From an uncultured Spirochaetota bacterium (lineage in GTDB: Bacteria; Spirochaetota; Brevinematia; Brevinematales; JAOACQ01), in assembly GCA_963783575.1 (NCBI GenBank), contig CAWAOD010000011.1, positions 574,661 through 638,660 on the forward strand: a stretch of 64,000 nucleotides of DNA, read 5' to 3'. The position numbers and the translations under genes were made by a program. Shown piece after piece: positions 1 to 9,459 of the stretch (position 1 is its first letter; every line of letters starts with the position of its first letter). The notes beneath the pieces are model-generated. The model was given only the letters and a program-made list of their open reading frames with translations, searched no databases and was not told where the DNA came from.

Positions 1-414
1 GGTTAATACAACAATTGGATTTTCATCTTTTGAAAGGGTATACAGGGTATTAATCCTGTCGGAAAGTTTATCTGCCGAGGGAAAAACATTAGAAAATGGT
101 ATAACATCAATATCCGGAAAGAATAAAGCATGCGCGCCAATAGATAGAAGGCTTTCGAAAACCTCTTCAGCTTCGATATCATCGCGGGTAATATAATAGC
201 AAGTATTTTTCCCTTTTGCATAAACATTTTGATCAACAAACCCGCTATTAGAAACATTTTTATTTGATGAGTCAGAGCCATTCAGTTCTGATAGGATAAA
301 GGGACTCGCACCGATCGGTAAATTTATCTCTACCGAATCGTTTCGTGTTAATTCCGATATCAGTTCGTTTGTCCTGATATGAGAGTGAATATATTCAATA
401 AAATTTTGTTTCAT
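1..414 (-). CDS. mfd: Transcription-repair coupling factor, N-terminal part (runs off the window start)
   Basis: Not in the ORF track. The frame from ATG at 414 reads MKQNFIEYIH...ALFFPDIDVIPFSNVFPSADKLSDRINTLYTL...NPIVVLT, resembling the Mfd N-terminal FPxxExLPY..SP..DxxSxRLxxL motif. Confidence 0.7.
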   Translation of the reverse strand, partial: MKQNFIEYIHSHIRTNELISELTRNDSVEINLPIGASPFILSELNGSDSSNKNVSNSGFVDQNVYAKGKNTCYYITRDDIEAEEVFESLLSIGAHALFFPDIDVIPFSNVFPSADKLSDRINTLYTLSKDENPIVVLT

Positions 415-513
415 TAAAAACCTTTAGTATAATTTTAAATGGATTTGTTGGAATTTTCAAGAAGATATTTGTTTATGGTAAGTCATCTTAAAATATTATT
501 ATTAAATTTAATT

Positions 514-738
514 TTAGATCAATTCTTCAATTTCACTTTTTTTTGAGTTCAGGATTTCAAGGACTTCAAGGAATTGATCCTTATTCAAAGCAATGCCCTT
601 TTTTGTCGGCTTAAGTTGATCCTGGTCATCCTTAAAGAATTTTCGGATATCGAGGAATTTTTTACCGTTAAATTCCGAAATTGTGATCAATTTTGATCCG
701 TTTTTAATTTCACCAATGATCCTGGTATTTGAATCCAT
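514..738 (-). CDS. PC4/p15 (YdbC-like) single-stranded DNA-binding protein
   Basis: 74 aa with ISEFNGKKFLDIRKFF...LKPTKKGIAL, the PC4-family signature. Confidence 0.85.
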   Translation of the reverse strand: MDSNTRIIGEIKNGSKLITISEFNGKKFLDIRKFFKDDQDQLKPTKKGIALNKDQFLEVLEILNSKKSEIEELI

Positions 739-764
739 TGAATTACCTCAAAAATATTTTGATA

Positions 765-2846
765 TTATTGTTGCGATTTAAATTGATTGTTAAGCCATTT
801 TTGTTTTGAATCGGATTCCGAAATTGCCTCGTTCATTTTACCGTATTTCATCCTTTGCTGTAGTTCATAATCGCTTAAAGATTTGTTCATCTTATCGATT
901 TCAGTTTGATTTTCCTTTATTTTATTATCATTAAATGAAATTCTTCTTTCTATAAAATTTCCAACTCCTAATGCAATTTTCAAACTCTGGTTAGCTGCTA
1001 CAGCAGCCCCGGAATTCTTAGTCATATCGCCTATCAGATCATTTGCGAATAATTGTTCTACACCGTCAAATTTGGTCTTCAGCACTGATTTTAGTCTATC
1101 TCCATCGATATTAAGCAGCCCGGTTTTTGTTGAGGCCCATTCCTCTGAGGTGCTGCTGAAGCTGCCCGCTTTTTTTGTATATACTCCTATCTGTTCCAGT
1201 ACAGATAATTCATTTCCGTAAGATGTCTTATAGTAATCGATTGCGACATTTCTCAGCCTGTTTTTAAGAAGAATAAAGCTGGTTTCAGTTTGATAAATAC
1301 CATCCTTTAAATTCTGCTGGTTTCTTTCGCTTAATGGAGTTCTGTCCTGGTTTGGTTTGGTCAATGTAGCTAAATAGGACATTGTTTGATTGTAACTGTC
1401 AACCCATGCCTGAATATCATCAGTTATTTTCTGGTAATTATGATCTATATTTAATGTGACCGGATCTTTCGATTCCTTTTTTAGGTTTAAAGAAACTCCG
1501 TCAATAAGATCATCGATCTTGTTGTTATCACGTTGTATTTCAACACCATCCATATTGACATTTGCATCGCATGCCTCTGAAATCGGATTTTTTGGTTTAA
1601 TCCCGCCTTCTTCAATTTTTGTTAAAAATTCTGTGTCTTGAAGCTCTATTTCCCTGTCGGTGTTTTGATTTCTTAGAAGAACCTTATCAATCGTTTTATC
1701 TTTGTTTGAAGAAAGAGAATTTGTAAATTTACCATCCGAATCTATGTTGATATTGTTACTTGTACCGTCTTTAAAAATCAAAGTAATTATTTCCGTAAAA
1801 TTCGATACTGCAACCTGGGGCTTCTTTTTCTCTTCAAAATTAGCTATTAGGCTGCCGCCATCAACGGAAACATTGCTGACCTTTACCGGTTCCATTGTTG
1901 AAATATCAATAGGAGGTAAATTTGCCCCTTCAGTGTTTGATAATAAAGATGTCAATTTATTAATATGAGTATCATAAATAAAATAAGAATTTTCTGTCAT
2001 CTTGATGTTTTTGTCGCTTAAACCTATTTCTCCCGAAGCGCCCGGTTTAATAACCGCATTATTTGTATTGCCGGCTGTAATATTTGAATTGTCTGAACCC
2101 CGCATTAAATCGACCGGAAATTCTTCCGATTTTTCAACTCCGGTTGTCAGTGAGCCGATATCGTAAAAAGTTTTTAAATCACCGCCGAAATTTATTTTGT
2201 TTTTTTTACCGGTGTTTTTTCCGCTGATTACAAGGATTGAAGTATCGGAAGTATCGTTAATGATTTTTGTGTCAATATTCGTTCCGGCCTGGTCCTGTAT
2301 TATTTTTATGAATTGTGCCGGTGTACCGCCCTGGAATTTTATCTTCGAAGTTTCTCCTCCGGTAGTTAATGTGAATTCTGAAGGGGATAAATATTTATTT
2401 TTTGGAATAGATGAACTCATAAATGAATCCGGTTTTGCAAGTTGATTCACGGTTAATTTATAAATTTGTTTTTTCGATTTTCTGCCTGCCGTAGCTTCCA
2501 TAACAGATGCATCGGAAGATTCCCCGGTCATTTCCCTGAAAGGAGACTGGAAATCATACAAATTTCTTGATTTTGTATCCAGATCCCTTAAATATTTGGA
2601 TAGATCCTTTATAATATCATTTTCAATTTTATAATCCTGGCTTTCCATTTCAAGCTTATTAATAGGGATTTTTTTTACCATCAATAATTTCTGGATGATA
2701 TCTTCGGTATTCATTTTATCGGAAACTCCCGGAATTGGTATAAAAACTTTGCCGGTACTATCCTTTTTATCGCTTGTATTATCAGCGGCGGAAAGCGGTA
2801 TGACAATAAAAAAAATAATGCTTGAAAATATTATTATTCTCTTCAT
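765..2846 (-). CDS. fliD: Flagellar filament cap protein FliD (HAP2), spirochaete type, with N-terminal signal-peptide-like extension
   Basis: IPGVSDKMNTEDIIQKLL N-terminal motif, VNQLAKPD, DGVEIQRDNNKIDDLIDGVSLNLKK and a C-terminal coiled coil ending KYGKMN...QQ. GAGG RBS upstream of ATG 2846. Confidence 0.9.
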   Translation of the reverse strand: MKRIIIFSSIIFFIVIPLSAADNTSDKKDSTGKVFIPIPGVSDKMNTEDIIQKLLMVKKIPINKLEMESQDYKIENDIIKDLSKYLRDLDTKSRNLYDFQSPFREMTGESSDASVMEATAGRKSKKQIYKLTVNQLAKPDSFMSSSIPKNKYLSPSEFTLTTGGETSKIKFQGGTPAQFIKIIQDQAGTNIDTKIINDTSDTSILVISGKNTGKKNKINFGGDLKTFYDIGSLTTGVEKSEEFPVDLMRGSDNSNITAGNTNNAVIKPGASGEIGLSDKNIKMTENSYFIYDTHINKLTSLLSNTEGANLPPIDISTMEPVKVSNVSVDGGSLIANFEEKKKPQVAVSNFTEIITLIFKDGTSNNINIDSDGKFTNSLSSNKDKTIDKVLLRNQNTDREIELQDTEFLTKIEEGGIKPKNPISEACDANVNMDGVEIQRDNNKIDDLIDGVSLNLKKESKDPVTLNIDHNYQKITDDIQAWVDSYNQTMSYLATLTKPNQDRTPLSERNQQNLKDGIYQTETSFILLKNRLRNVAIDYYKTSYGNELSVLEQIGVYTKKAGSFSSTSEEWASTKTGLLNIDGDRLKSVLKTKFDGVEQLFANDLIGDMTKNSGAAVAANQSLKIALGVGNFIERRISFNDNKIKENQTEIDKMNKSLSDYELQQRMKYGKMNEAISESDSKQKWLNNQFKSQQ

Positions 2847-3215
2847 TTTAACCTCGCTTCTTTGAAAACTAACTTGCTATTGACCTTAATTATATTGATA
2901 TAATAAAATACCAAAAATAAATAAAAACTTCAAGTTATAATATATTTATTAATCATTTAAAATTATTTTTTATTTTTATTATTGATTTGTTGAAAAAATA
3001 ATAAATTAGAAAAATACCTGGAATTCAGTATATTTATTTTTCGGAATTATTGCTAATATTATAAGATTAAATATATATATAAAAAATTTGAAAATTTATC
3101 TTATGAGTTATATAGTATTTGAATGTCAATGGATGGAAATACCCGGTTTAAATTTATAATAACCCGAAAAATATTGAATTTTAATTATAATGAAATTATT
3201 ATTTGAAGGAAATAT

Positions 3216-3740
3216 ATGCGTTTTCTAATTTTATTTATTATATTAATTTTTACATTAACAATATTTCAGTCATGTGCTGAGGAAGAAAATAAGGAAATAG
3301 CTGCCGAAAAATTAACCAGGATTAAATCCGGCGATAAATACGGTTATATTGGAGTTATTAATGGGAAAAAGATATTTATCGAGCCGCAGTATGATTTTGC
3401 CTGGGATTTCTCAGAAGGTCTTGCCGTGATTGAAATTGCCGGGAAACAAGGATTCATAGATATAAATGGGGAAACTGTAATTCAGCCGATATTTGATAAA
3501 GCTTACAGTTTCTCAGAGGGTTTTGCAAAAATAAAAATGGGCGGAAAATACGGATATATCGATAAAAATGGTAAGATTGTCATCGGGGTTCAATTTGATG
3601 ATGCCGGTGATTTTAATAGAGGGATAGCCAGAGTACTAATGGGCAAAGAAAAATATTTTATTGATAAAGCAGGCAATAAAGTAACCAATAATGATATTAA
3701 TAAATTTCAATATCATCCGTTGAATTATAATGAATTATAA
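3216..3740 (+). CDS. WG-repeat (KWG) lipoprotein
   Basis: Lipobox FQSC and repeated F(S)EGLA/GKYGYIDKNGKIVI units. Confidence 0.85.
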   Translation: MRFLILFIILIFTLTIFQSCAEEENKEIAAEKLTRIKSGDKYGYIGVINGKKIFIEPQYDFAWDFSEGLAVIEIAGKQGFIDINGETVIQPIFDKAYSFSEGFAKIKMGGKYGYIDKNGKIVIGVQFDDAGDFNRGIARVLMGKEKYFIDKAGNKVTNNDINKFQYHPLNYNEL

Positions 3741-3784
3741 TAAACCATATATCTGCTTTAATATGAATATTCGCGTGGATTAAG

Positions 3785-4540
3785 ATGAAACCAATAAAAA
3801 AATCGGCATTAAAGTTAATTGTTTATTTACCTGTTCATATATCCTTCCTGATTTTTTTGTTTTCTGTTATTTTATCTTTCATTGAATCCCGATCAATTGA
3901 TATCAATTTAAAGGAGGGTGATAAAATCCCGTTAATGGAAATCGAACACCGGCTGGGATTAAATTCAGGTAGTAATGTATATTTTAACGGCTCTGTCATT
4001 GAACTTGATGAATTTGAAGCGGTCAACCCCAAAAATTTACAGCCCACATACATTTCAAGAGGAAAATTAATCCGGGGGATCATAACAAATATGATTCTAA
4101 TTTCTGTCAATAATCCGATAAAATTAGGCGCTATTGCATTATACCAGAAGGGGTGGAGCCTTGGGTTCCGTGATTTACGTTTTCGTTTCGAGGGTAAAGA
4201 TTTCGGTCCTGATGATATAACAAACCGTTTTATCACTAAAAGCGGATTGTTTTTCCGGTTTTATCCCGCAGACGTTGCCGGAAGACAATTACGCTATTAC
4301 TGGGAAATATCTTCGGAATCCGCCATACAGGGAAAAGGATATTTTATTAATAGCACAATACCGGATATTTTAAAAGATAATGGTTTTTCTATTTTAAAAG
4401 AGGACTTTTATTTTATAAGCACACTTCAGGCAAATTATAAGCCGTATAATGGTATTTTAGCTTTTTGCGCAGTTTTATTTATAATTACGCTTGGATATTC
4501 TCTTATTTTGTCAGGCTTCGAAAAAAATCATGGTAAATAA
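3785..4540 (+). CDS. ResB/CcsB-like cytochrome c biogenesis protein (short form)
   Basis: N-terminal TM with His (PVHISF), ISVNNPIKLG..LYQ motif, C-terminal TM; immediately upstream of ccsA. Confidence 0.65.
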   Translation: MKPIKKSALKLIVYLPVHISFLIFLFSVILSFIESRSIDINLKEGDKIPLMEIEHRLGLNSGSNVYFNGSVIELDEFEAVNPKNLQPTYISRGKLIRGIITNMILISVNNPIKLGAIALYQKGWSLGFRDLRFRFEGKDFGPDDITNRFITKSGLFFRFYPADVAGRQLRYYWEISSESAIQGKGYFINSTIPDILKDNGFSILKEDFYFISTLQANYKPYNGILAFCAVLFIITLGYSLILSGFEKNHGK

Positions 4541-4543
4541 ATT

Positions 4544-5290
4544 ATGGAATTTAATATTGAATTATTAATATTGACAGCCTTAATTTTCTGGCTTATATAT
4601 TTTGTCTTGGCTTTCCTTTTTCCTACAAAAAAATATTCTTTTTTCCCAATAATTGCCTTATGTTTTCAACTGGTCTGGGTTGTATTCAGGGCTTATTCCT
4701 CAGGACATGCACCATTCTCGGGAATATATGAAACTATTATATTTTTCAGTCTTTTGTATTCTATTAAAATAATTTTTTTGACCGGTTTTGAAGGTAGAAT
4801 TCGTTTGTTATTGCTGGTTCCGGTTCCGGTATTAATAATAACCGCGATATTATTGCCTATAAACTTAAAAACATCCGGTATGGTAATGCCGGCTCTTAAA
4901 TCGGCTTGGATTTTTATCCATGTTCCTCTGATATTTATTGGGTATGTTTCGTTAACTGTAGGGTTTATCCAATCCTGGATACTTTTTTTTACCGGAAATA
5001 ACATTGACCGGGCTGATAATGAAATTAAACTGGCTCTTTTTTTTATCGTTGCTGGAATAATTACCGGTGGATTCTGGGCGGAGGCCGCATGGGGATCTTT
5101 CTGGACATGGGATCCAAAAGAAACTTGGGCATTAATAGCTTGGCTTTTTTTGGTATTAGTTATTCATTTTAGAAATATGCGTAATGCATTAGTAATAAGG
5201 CTTATCATTATAACGCTCGCTTTTCTATCAATGCTTTTTACATACTTCGGAGTGACATTTTTATTGCCGGGTTTGCATTCTTATTTATAG
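4544..5290 (+). CDS. ccsA: Cytochrome c biogenesis protein CcsA/ResC (System II)
   Basis: GHAPFSGIYE, WIFIHV, WWD motif WAEAAWGSFWTWDPKETW and C-terminal GLHSY. Confidence 0.93.
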   Translation: MEFNIELLILTALIFWLIYFVLAFLFPTKKYSFFPIIALCFQLVWVVFRAYSSGHAPFSGIYETIIFFSLLYSIKIIFLTGFEGRIRLLLLVPVPVLIITAILLPINLKTSGMVMPALKSAWIFIHVPLIFIGYVSLTVGFIQSWILFFTGNNIDRADNEIKLALFFIVAGIITGGFWAEAAWGSFWTWDPKETWALIAWLFLVLVIHFRNMRNALVIRLIIITLAFLSMLFTYFGVTFLLPGLHSYL

Positions 5291-5341
5291 GGAGACTTTA
5301 TCCTAAATTGAGCGATTTTTTATATCAAATATAGTTTTTTT

Positions 5342-5434
5342 TTATAAAGAAACTTTATTTATAAAGAAACTTTATTTATAAAGAAACTTTATTTATAAAG
5401 AAACTTTATTTATAAAGAAACTTTATTTATAAAG
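5342..5434. repeat. Tandem repeat, 17-bp unit TTATAAAGAAACTTTAT x5 plus an 8-bp partial copy
   Basis: Read directly. Each unit contains the inverted repeat ATAAAG-AAA-CTTTAT. The partial copy overlaps the stop codon of the 5427-8531 gene. Confidence 0.95.
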
Positions 5435-8400
5435 TAGAGATCATATTGTCCTTGAACTCATCGATTAGTTTTGTCAATGTTGTTCTCTTAGTAAGTTCAT
5501 CGTCAAAGGCGGGATTATCATTTCTAATATTTTTGTTTAACAGGTATTTAATATTATATTCCGAGAAATTATAAATGACATTTATTTTATTGGCGTATTC
5601 TTTGGATTGGTAAAAATCCAGCAATGCGCGTTGTTCGTATTCCGGATTCCTGGTCTGTTTAGCAAAGAGGGAATATACAACTCCTCTATTGTTAAAACTG
5701 CGAGCAAGCTGAGTATAAATTTCTTTATGTCTCTGAAGACCGGGATTGATATACTGTACCTTGCCTGCAATTACTCTGTAGTACTCAATCGCTTTATCAT
5801 ACTGTACCTTGGCAAGGTTTAATTTGTTCAAATAATAATAAGTATTCCCGAGAACATAGGATAATACAGGATCATAAGGTTCATCAACATAGAGTTTTGC
5901 AAACTCATTGAAAGCATTTTCATAATCCTTATATTTATAATAAAGCCAGCCAAGATTATAAGATAAAAGATAATCCTTTTTATCTTTATCGATAAGCGAC
6001 ATTGCCATTTTATAATTATAAAATGCGTCGGAATAAGCTTTCTCCGGATCATTAAAATTCAGGCTGTTATAATAGTATATATGACCCAGATTGGCATAAG
6101 GCTTATAATAATTCGGGTCGTATTTTATAGCATTTTCAAATTGTTCTTTTGCCAGTATTATATTGTTTTGGATCACTTCCGTGACAAAATATATTTCTCC
6201 CAATAAATTATAAGATTTTGCGCTTTTACCGTTTAAAATAATTGCATTGGAAATTGCTTTGATTGCCCTGAAAAAATCATAATTTATGGTCAGATACCTG
6301 GCATATTCATAATAAGCTTCATCATATTGGGGATTGGGGGGAATTAGTTTATTAAATACCAATTTTGCCCTATCAAGTCTTCTTCTGTCGGTATAAAATT
6401 TGGCGAGTTCAGTCATGGTTTTTACATTTACGGCTTTATTATTAATATGGTCTATGGTATCATAAAGTATGTCGATTCTGTCCTCTTTTTTCAAACGGAG
6501 GGCAATATCAAGAAGCCTAAAATAGCTTGCCGTGTGTTTGGGATAATAAGTCAGATATCCCTCATAAAGTTTGTTTGCTTCGGCATAACGGGCAATCTGG
6601 TCATTTGGATCGGTTGTCCTGTCAGCCCAATCAATATATGTCATAGCGACTTTATCTATATAATCAAAATTCTTAGGTGATTTTTTCAGCAGGCGACCGT
6701 AAAGTTTTATGGCTTCGTCAAATCTTGGAGGGTAGATTATTTTGTAGTAATCTGCAAAGTTATAAATAGTTTCTTGATCCATTGGATTATAATCAAGTGC
6801 ATCGATAAATTTCTTTTTTGCCATATCAAATTGTTTTTTTTCAATATATGAATTTGCAAAGATATTGAACCATTTCAAATTAGGTCCAGCGGTCCTTTTT
6901 GCAATTTCAAATTTTGATTCACTTGATATGAAATCGTTTCTTTTCAAAGCTGCCAGACCTTGACTATAATATCGGTTTGCAATTGCCGGTGTCCAGATAA
7001 TTTGCCAGAAAATGAATCCCAGTAAAATAATAATTATAAAAAAAACAAAAGAATATTTAGTAACATTCTGGAATTCTTTTGTAAATTCTTTACCTTTATG
7101 AATTTCTTCGGTGTATATAATTTTTCTTCCGGGAATACCGGCTCCTTTAAATTCTTCAGTTGTTTTTTTCTTTTTTGTCTCAATTTCTTTTTCTTTTTCT
7201 TTTTTTACCATCTGTTCTATTTCAATAACTTTTGTATCCGGAATTAATGGATCAATAAAGGCTTGAATCTCATCATCTTCCGCATTTAAAATAAGAAAAG
7301 CAATTAATTGCTGAAGAATATGATCCGGAAGCTTTGCCTCCAAAATAGCCTGACGAATTTTTTTTCTTAATAGTGGATTTACAATTTTATTGATCCTGCT
7401 TCTGACTTTGGCTGCTTTTTCCTGGTCCAATTCAATACCGCCTGACTCAGCGGCAAATTTAATGGGAGTTTTTTCCTTTGGAGATTCTAAAAAAGATGGT
7501 TTTTCAATTGGTTTTTGCTGTTGAAAGGATTCCATTTGTTTTGAAATATCGGCAAATTCATGGATCTCAGCCGGTGGAAATTCTTCCGGTGCTTCAACAT
7601 TCTCTGATAATGGCTGTTTCATGCCTTCTTTTGTTTCAATAGGAGCTTCAAATTCTGGAAGATTTGACCCCGCGGCTTCAAATTTCGGCATTTCGAATTC
7701 AGGCAATTCCATCTCCGTTGATCCCAAATCTGGCATCTCCGTTTCAGAAGAGGGTTTTTCAACAGGTTTTTCCATTTCAGGAATTTCTAAATTAGGAAAT
7801 TCAGCAGTCTCTTCAATGGCGGTTTCTGGTAAACCTATCTCAGGAAAAGCTTCTTCTTGTGGGTTTTCCACATTATCAGGAAAAGCTGTTTCTAATACTG
7901 TCCCGGCTTCTTCGGGAGTTTCTTCTTTAACTGAAAGATCCTGAAAAAAATCCGTTAATTCCGGTTCCTGCATCTCCGCTGAAGACGGAACAAATTCCGG
8001 CATTTCTTCACCAGGGAATTCCTTCTTTTCCGGTTCCTGTTCCTTTAATTCTTCTTCGGGTAGAGGAGTTTCTTCGCCGGATGGCATCTGCATAAACTGA
8101 GGCTCTAATATATTTTCCGGGGTTGATTCACCACCGGCTTCTTCTTCAATGACAGGTGTTTCTGCTGTCTCCTGCTCTAAAAAACTGAGTTCCTCAGCCG
8201 GAGTCAGGGGTTTATCATAATTTGTAACCTGAATTCTTGATTTCAATTCTTCCACATTTGAAGGCGCTGTGTCAAGATTTTCAATTTCTTTTAAAACATC
8301 GGGATCGATTTCCGATACATCAGTTTCATCAGGAGCTGGCGCTGACTGTGTAGAAACCTGTTTTTCAGCTCCTATTAACTTTTCTACATTAGCCATATTT

Positions 8401-8531
8401 TCCAATGGAACGTTTGTCAGGTCATTTAAATCATCCATTTTCTCCTGAATTTCCATACCCTTTATTATCTGGTCAGGAGAAAACGAATCTTCTTTACCTA
8501 AGTATTTTACCAGACCGTCATATTTGCCCAT
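5427..8531 (-). CDS. flcA: TPR protein resembling spirochaete periplasmic flagellar collar protein FlcA
   Basis: Long acidic Glu/Pro-rich N-terminus, a single TM (FVFFIIIILLGFIFWQIIW), then many TPRs. Architecture matches FlcA; orthology not verified. Confidence 0.55.
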   Translation of the reverse strand: MGKYDGLVKYLGKEDSFSPDQIIKGMEIQEKMDDLNDLTNVPLENMANVEKLIGAEKQVSTQSAPAPDETDVSEIDPDVLKEIENLDTAPSNVEELKSRIQVTNYDKPLTPAEELSFLEQETAETPVIEEEAGGESTPENILEPQFMQMPSGEETPLPEEELKEQEPEKKEFPGEEMPEFVPSSAEMQEPELTDFFQDLSVKEETPEEAGTVLETAFPDNVENPQEEAFPEIGLPETAIEETAEFPNLEIPEMEKPVEKPSSETEMPDLGSTEMELPEFEMPKFEAAGSNLPEFEAPIETKEGMKQPLSENVEAPEEFPPAEIHEFADISKQMESFQQQKPIEKPSFLESPKEKTPIKFAAESGGIELDQEKAAKVRSRINKIVNPLLRKKIRQAILEAKLPDHILQQLIAFLILNAEDDEIQAFIDPLIPDTKVIEIEQMVKKEKEKEIETKKKKTTEEFKGAGIPGRKIIYTEEIHKGKEFTKEFQNVTKYSFVFFIIIILLGFIFWQIIWTPAIANRYYSQGLAALKRNDFISSESKFEIAKRTAGPNLKWFNIFANSYIEKKQFDMAKKKFIDALDYNPMDQETIYNFADYYKIIYPPRFDEAIKLYGRLLKKSPKNFDYIDKVAMTYIDWADRTTDPNDQIARYAEANKLYEGYLTYYPKHTASYFRLLDIALRLKKEDRIDILYDTIDHINNKAVNVKTMTELAKFYTDRRRLDRAKLVFNKLIPPNPQYDEAYYEYARYLTINYDFFRAIKAISNAIILNGKSAKSYNLLGEIYFVTEVIQNNIILAKEQFENAIKYDPNYYKPYANLGHIYYYNSLNFNDPEKAYSDAFYNYKMAMSLIDKDKKDYLLSYNLGWLYYKYKDYENAFNEFAKLYVDEPYDPVLSYVLGNTYYYLNKLNLAKVQYDKAIEYYRVIAGKVQYINPGLQRHKEIYTQLARSFNNRGVVYSLFAKQTRNPEYEQRALLDFYQSKEYANKINVIYNFSEYNIKYLLNKNIRNDNPAFDDELTKRTTLTKLIDEFKDNMISTL

Positions 8532-8535
8532 GCAG

Positions 8536-8742
8536 CTATCCTATTATTGATAGGTATATTAATTGAATATCGGATAAATAAGGGATTTTATTAAAATTAT
8601 AAGATTTCTGGGGTTTAATTTGATTTACCGGATCGGCAACATCATTATACCAATCGGATAAGTATATACCGTACTTATTAAAACCGCAAGTAATTAGCCT
8701 ATCCTGAAGCAGGTTATCCATATTTATCAGTAGACTGATCAA
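8536..8742 (-). CDS. Small hypothetical protein
   Basis: 68-aa ORF overlapping the comF stop and ending 4 bp before the next ATG, consistent with operon packing. Confidence 0.4.
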   Translation of the reverse strand: MISLLINMDNLLQDRLITCGFNKYGIYLSDWYNDVADPVNQIKPQKSYNFNKIPYLSDIQLIYLSIIG

Positions 8743-9443
8743 TCTTTAAAAAACGTAAGAACATCAACAGTTTCCGCTAGATTATTCTTAACTATCGAGC
8801 TGATTTCATTGACTGTATTGCCAGTTGTAAAAATATCATCAATGATAATAACTGACTTTCCGGTAAAATCAAAGTTTGTTTTAAAATCGAATTGTCCTTT
8901 GATCCATTCCCTTCTTTCATTTGCGCTTAATTCACTTTGATGTTTTTTATGTTTTTTTCTAATAAGAGAATCCATAAAAGGTATACCGCATTTTTTCAAT
9001 AGGAATTCAACTTGGTTAAATCCCCTGATTTTATAAGATTCTTTTGATAAAGGGGTGATTAATACGATATCATAATCTTTTTCAATAAAAAACTTATCAA
9101 TTTCAGGCTTTATGATAAGATACAAATCATTACCCGCATACAAATTGGATTTAAACTTAAATAATTGCATTAATTTTTGTATTATTGGGTCTTTGTAATA
9201 AAATAAGGATGTATTACTTTTGAATGAATAATCTGTCCGGCTGCAGTTATAACAGTAATCAAGATTCGATATATAAAGTTCATCGCAGCATTTTTTACAT
9301 TTTTTGCCGCCTTCTTGATGTATTGGCTTAATAGTCCCGGTACAATCCGGGCATATCATATTAAATTTTAAGCTTTTATTGGTATTATTAATTAATTTTC
9401 TACCACATGAAAAGCATTTTATAGGAAAGAGAATATCAAGCAT
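8739..9443 (-). CDS. comF: ComF family protein (zinc ribbon + phosphoribosyltransferase domain)
   Basis: CxxC pairs, RGFNQ, and PRPP-binding motif IIIDDIFTTGNT. Confidence 0.9.
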   Translation of the reverse strand: MLDILFPIKCFSCGRKLINNTNKSLKFNMICPDCTGTIKPIHQEGGKKCKKCCDELYISNLDYCYNCSRTDYSFKSNTSLFYYKDPIIQKLMQLFKFKSNLYAGNDLYLIIKPEIDKFFIEKDYDIVLITPLSKESYKIRGFNQVEFLLKKCGIPFMDSLIRKKHKKHQSELSANERREWIKGQFDFKTNFDFTGKSVIIIDDIFTTGNTVNEISSIVKNNLAETVDVLTFFKD

Positions 9444-9459
9444 ATTTATCCTTATTGAA

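Noticed and set aside
3..281. 92-aa minus-strand ORF in the track
   Set aside because: Alternative frame; the frame starting at 414 carries Mfd-like motifs.
5342..5434. Possible CRISPR array
   Set aside because: Repeat units are contiguous with no spacers, and there are no cas genes in the window.
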